A stretch of DNA of 64,000 nt from Nitrospirales bacterium. Its GTDB lineage: Bacteria; Nitrospirota; Nitrospiria; Nitrospirales; UBA8639. The position numbers and the translations under genes are program-made. Location: the NCBI GenBank assembly GCA_963422365.1, contig OY729426.1:1888001-1952000 (forward strand), in the 5' to 3' direction. Of this stretch, positions 60,473 to 64,000 are shown one piece after another. The notes beneath the pieces were generated by a model. That model was not told where the DNA came from. It saw nothing but the letters and a program-made list of their open reading frames with translations, and did not search any database. Positions within the stretch are counted from its first letter, which is position 1, and every line of letters begins with the position of its first letter.

Positions 60473-62716
60473 ATGCAACACGCACCGACTCACATGACGC
60501 CGGAGGTGATTCAACAGCACGGGCTGACGGAGGCGGAATTTGAGCAAATCCTCAAGCACCTGGGTCGTGAGCCGAATCTGACGGAACTCGGGATCTTTTC
60601 GGTGATGTGGAGCGAGCATTGTTCATACAAAAGCTCTCGGATCCATTTGAAGCGATTTCCTACTGGAGGTGAGTCGGTGGTCCAAGGGCCAGGAGAAAAT
60701 GCTGGAGCCGTGGAGATCGGCGATGGGCTCTCCGCTGTATTTAAAATGGAGTCCCATAATCATCCGTCGTTTATTGAACCTTTTCAGGGTGCGGCAACGG
60801 GTGTCGGAGGCATCCTGCGCGATATTTTCACGATGGGCGCGCGGCCGATTGCATTGCTGGATTCCCTTCGGTTCGGGGAGTTGGACCTTCCGAAGAATCG
60901 TCATTTATTAAAAGGCGTGGTTTCCGGTATCTCCTGGTACGGTAACTGTAGTGGAGTCCCGACGGTTGGCGGCGAAATTGCTTTTAACGATATCTATGCC
61001 AAGAACCCCATGGTCAATGTCTTCTGTCTTGGAATTGTGAAAACCGATCAATTGCTTCGTGGCCAGGCCGACGGTGTCGGCAACCCTGTCCTGTATATCG
61101 GTGCGAAAACCGGTCGTGACGGTATCCACGGCGCGACGATGGCTTCGGATAGTTTTGACAATACTTCGGAACAGAAGCGACCAACTGTGCAAGTCGGCGA
61201 CCCCTTGTTGGAAAAATTGCTCTTGGAAGCCTGTTTGGAATTTTTGGGCCAACATCTTCTGGTCGGCATTCAAGATATGGGGGCAGCCGGTCTCACGAGT
61301 TCATCATGTGAAATGGCCTCACGAGCGGGAACGGGCATTGAACTGGAATTAACCAATGTGCCTCGCCGAGAGCCGAATATGACACCCTATGAGTTGATGC
61401 TTTCCGAATCCCAAGAGCGTATGTTACTCGTGGCCAATGCAGGGAAAGAAAAGCAAGTGATTGCAATTTGCCAAAAATGGGGCATTGATGCGGCGGTGAT
61501 TGGGAAGGTCACCGATGATGGTTTTATCCGCATCAAGGAGCATGGAAGAATAGTGGCGGAAATTTCCGCCACGGCCTTGGTGGATGAGAGTCCCAAGTAT
61601 GAGCGGCCGGCTAAGCCCCCTGAATACCAAGAACTCTTGCAATCCCTTACGGTTGAAAGTTTACCAGACGTACAAGATGCAGAGAATGTCCTCCTCCAAT
61701 TACTGGATTCGCCGACGATTGCCAGCAAAGCCTGGGTGTATAGGCAGTACGATCACATGGTGGGCATCAATACCATCGTGCGCCCAGGATCGGATGCGGC
61801 GGTGGTGCGTATCAAGGACACAAACAAAGCCTTGGCCCTGACCACAGACGGTAATAGCCGTTACTGCCTCTTAAATCCATATGTCGGCGGCACACTGGCT
61901 GTCGCGGAAGCAGCCCGGAATTTAGTGTGCTCAGGTGCTCAACCCATTGGCGTAACGGATTGTCTGAATTTCGGCAATCCCGAGCGGCCGGACGTCATGT
62001 GGCAGTTTGTCTTAGCCGTCGAAGGCATTGCCGATGCCTGCCGAACCTTCAATGTCCCCGTGGTCAGCGGCAACGTGAGCCTGTATAACGAAACTAACGG
62101 TTTGTCTATTTATCCCACGCCGATTGTGGGCATGGTCGGGCTCATCGAGCCGGCCGATCACGTGACGACTCAATGGTTTAAAAACCCTGGCGACCGAATT
62201 ATTCTTTTCGGAGAGACCAAGGAAGATTTAGGTGGAACCGAATATCTGAAAGTCGTACATTATCGAGAACAAGGTTCTCCTCCATGGCTCAACGTGGAAG
62301 CCGAAAAGTCCGTACACGATTGTGCGTTGCAAGTAATTCGAGAAGGCCTGGTCCAGTCCGTGCATGATTGTTCGGATGGCGGATTGGCGGTAACGTTGGC
62401 GGAATGTTGTTTTTTGCCTCAGGATGCCCAAGGCAAATCGCTGGGCGCGACGATTCCCCTCCATACCAACGGGCTTCGGATGGATGCCTTGCTGTTTGGC
62501 GAGAGTCCCTCGCGAATCGTTCTATCGGTATCGCCTGTGCACGTCGAGCACGTATTTGCCATTGCCCGCGAGCATGAAGTGCCCAGCCAGGATATCGGCA
62601 CAGTTGGTGGAGAACGTTTGACCATTTATGTTGATGGGCAACCAACGATTGATTTACCGACTACCGCATTACTCGAACAATGGAGCCGAAGCTTAGAACG
62701 TAAGCTGTCATCGTGA
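60473..62716 (+). CDS. purL: Phosphoribosylformylglycinamidine synthase subunit PurL
   Basis: [59 protein letters not shown]. Confidence 0.98.
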   Translation: MQHAPTHMTPEVIQQHGLTEAEFEQILKHLGREPNLTELGIFSVMWSEHCSYKSSRIHLKRFPTGGESVVQGPGENAGAVEIGDGLSAVFKMESHNHPSFIEPFQGAATGVGGILRDIFTMGARPIALLDSLRFGELDLPKNRHLLKGVVSGISWYGNCSGVPTVGGEIAFNDIYAKNPMVNVFCLGIVKTDQLLRGQADGVGNPVLYIGAKTGRDGIHGATMASDSFDNTSEQKRPTVQVGDPLLEKLLLEACLEFLGQHLLVGIQDMGAAGLTSSSCEMASRAGTGIELELTNVPRREPNMTPYELMLSESQERMLLVANAGKEKQVIAICQKWGIDAAVIGKVTDDGFIRIKEHGRIVAEISATALVDESPKYERPAKPPEYQELLQSLTVESLPDVQDAENVLLQLLDSPTIASKAWVYRQYDHMVGINTIVRPGSDAAVVRIKDTNKALALTTDGNSRYCLLNPYVGGTLAVAEAARNLVCSGAQPIGVTDCLNFGNPERPDVMWQFVLAVEGIADACRTFNVPVVSGNVSLYNETNGLSIYPTPIVGMVGLIEPADHVTTQWFKNPGDRIILFGETKEDLGGTEYLKVVHYREQGSPPWLNVEAEKSVHDCALQVIREGLVQSVHDCSDGGLAVTLAECCFLPQDAQGKSLGATIPLHTNGLRMDALLFGESPSRIVLSVSPVHVEHVFAIAREHEVPSQDIGTVGGERLTIYVDGQPTIDLPTTALLEQWSRSLERKLSS

Positions 62717-62798
62717 GTTTCGCTTGCTTGTTCTGACCGGAATTGTCAATGTTTACTCATTCGTTGACCGAATCAGGGGCTGTCTGTCTTCTTCCTCT

Positions 62799-62857
62799 TT
62801 TGTCGCGGCGACATCTCATGTGCCTTCCGTTGGCCGTATACGATGAGGCCCTACACA
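62799..62857 (+). repeat. Dispersed approx. 80-bp REPIN-like element, copy 3 (internally deleted)
   Basis: TTTGTCGCGGCGACATCTCATGTGCCTTC..GGCCGTATACGATGAGGCCCTACAC; right end reads TGTAGGGCC on the minus strand. Confidence 0.78.
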
Positions 62858-62861
62858 GGCA

Positions 62862-62895
62862 CTGGATTCCCGATGACACGTGTCGGGAATGCCAG
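62862..62895 (-). repeat. ATTCCC/GGGAAT palindromic repeat
   Basis: CTGG ATTCCCGA-N9-TCGGGAAT GCCAG; related to 6853-6880. Confidence 0.6.
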
Positions 62896-63064
62896 AAAGA
62901 GACGGTGGGAAGTGTCAGCGAATGAGTGAACACAGACAGGAACGACGGATCGGGGATCGTGCCTTTGCTTAGAATGACAAAGGAAGACAGACGCGTTTTG
63001 CTAAAGCTTCTCGAGATGTTGCGTTATGAATAATTCATCAAAAAAAGCACATGCCTCTCTTCAC

Positions 63065-64000
63065 ATGATCGCCCCCGATAAATTCCATGATGAATGTGCC
63101 GTATTTGGCATTTACGGGCATCGGGAAGCCGCCAATTTCACCTATCTGGGGTTGTACGCACTACAGCATCGTGGACAGGAAAGTGCGGGCATCGTCTCAT
63201 CAGATGACCAGAACTTTTATATAGAAAAAGGTATGGGGCTGGTTTCCGATATTTTCACAAAAAAAGAAATTCGCCGCCTGCGTGGACACAAAGCCATCGG
63301 CCATAATCGCTACTCCACCGCCGGAGACAGCCATCTTCGCAATGTGCAACCGCTCACCGTCAATTTCGCATTTGGAAATTTAGCCGTCGCGCACAATGGC
63401 AATCTCACGAATGCGTCTATGCTTCGCAGTGAACTCGAGGCCTATGGCGCCATTTTTCAATCCGATTCCGACACGGAGGTTCTCATCCACCTCATCGCCC
63501 ATTCCAAAAGCGATACCTTTCTCGAACGATTGATCGAAGGACTCTCTTTGGTCCGTGGGGCCTATTCGCTGGTGCTGTTAACCGATCATGACCTGCTTGC
63601 CGTACGGGATCCATATGGTTTCCGGCCATTGTGTCTGGGAAAGTTTAGAGAATCTTGGGTGGTCGCGTCAGAGACCTGTGCGTTTGATCTCATGGGAGGC
63701 GAGTTTGTGCGGGAAGTCGAGCCAGGGGAACTCATTGTCATCAACGACAACGGGATGACCTCGCATCGTCCGTTTATCCTTCCAGAAAAGCCGGCAAAAT
63801 GCGTGTTTGAATACGTCTATTTTGCAAGACCTGACTCCAAAATATTCGGCGACCATGCCGTCTATCCCGTTCGAAAAGCCTTAGGTCGGCAGTTGGCCAA
63901 AACAACGCACGTACCAGCCGACGTGGTAATCCCCGTTCCAGACTCCGGTGTGCCGGCGGCCTTGGGGTATGCGGAAGAGTCGGGCATTCCGTTTGAAATC
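63065..64000 (+). CDS. purF: Amidophosphoribosyltransferase, truncated by window edge (absent from ORF track)
   Basis: MIAPDKFHDECAVFG (propeptide then catalytic Cys), LQHRGQESAGI, GHNRYST, AHNGNLTN, RDPYGFRPL, CVFEYVYFARPDS, PVPDSG. Confidence 0.97.
   Translation, partial: MIAPDKFHDECAVFGIYGHREAANFTYLGLYALQHRGQESAGIVSSDDQNFYIEKGMGLVSDIFTKKEIRRLRGHKAIGHNRYSTAGDSHLRNVQPLTVNFAFGNLAVAHNGNLTNASMLRSELEAYGAIFQSDSDTEVLIHLIAHSKSDTFLERLIEGLSLVRGAYSLVLLTDHDLLAVRDPYGFRPLCLGKFRESWVVASETCAFDLMGGEFVREVEPGELIVINDNGMTSHRPFILPEKPAKCVFEYVYFARPDSKIFGDHAVYPVRKALGRQLAKTTHVPADVVIPVPDSGVPAALGYAEESGIPFEI

Overview
A mostly core-chromosome window (about 50% GC, dense coding) whose gene content and order resemble a Nitrospirales (Nitrospirota) genome; this assignment is my recognition, not a database result. 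It carries sugar-phosphate and gluconeogenesis genes (manC end, PMM/PGM, fbp, class I aldolase), yacL-ispD-ispF-cysE, gdh, truA, an amidase, tatD, htpX, a squalene synthase, ferredoxins, mazG, ntrYX, rlmD, purN, clpB, an AsmA-like gene, mtnA, purL and the start of purF, plus tRNA-Pro(CGG) and tRNA-Ala(CGC). The most interesting part is the nitrogen-assimilation locus at 30.4-40.7 kb. A porin-amtB-glnK-amtB-glnA operon is preceded by a leader with the architecture of an ANTAR antiterminator target: two hexaloop hairpins, the second overlapping an intrinsic terminator. It is followed by a GlnE split into two divergent genes: a stand-alone adenylyl-removing half, and an adenylyl-transferring half fused to two GlnD-type ACT domains. 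The window also shows gene decay not visible in the ORF track: an alanine dehydrogenase remnant with deletions at apparent microhomologies, an rtcB remnant, a multiply broken outer-membrane barrel gene, a broken lipoprotein and a frameshifted yacL. Several families of short REP/REPIN-like intergenic repeats occur. I found no CRISPR array, rRNA, prophage or intact transposase.
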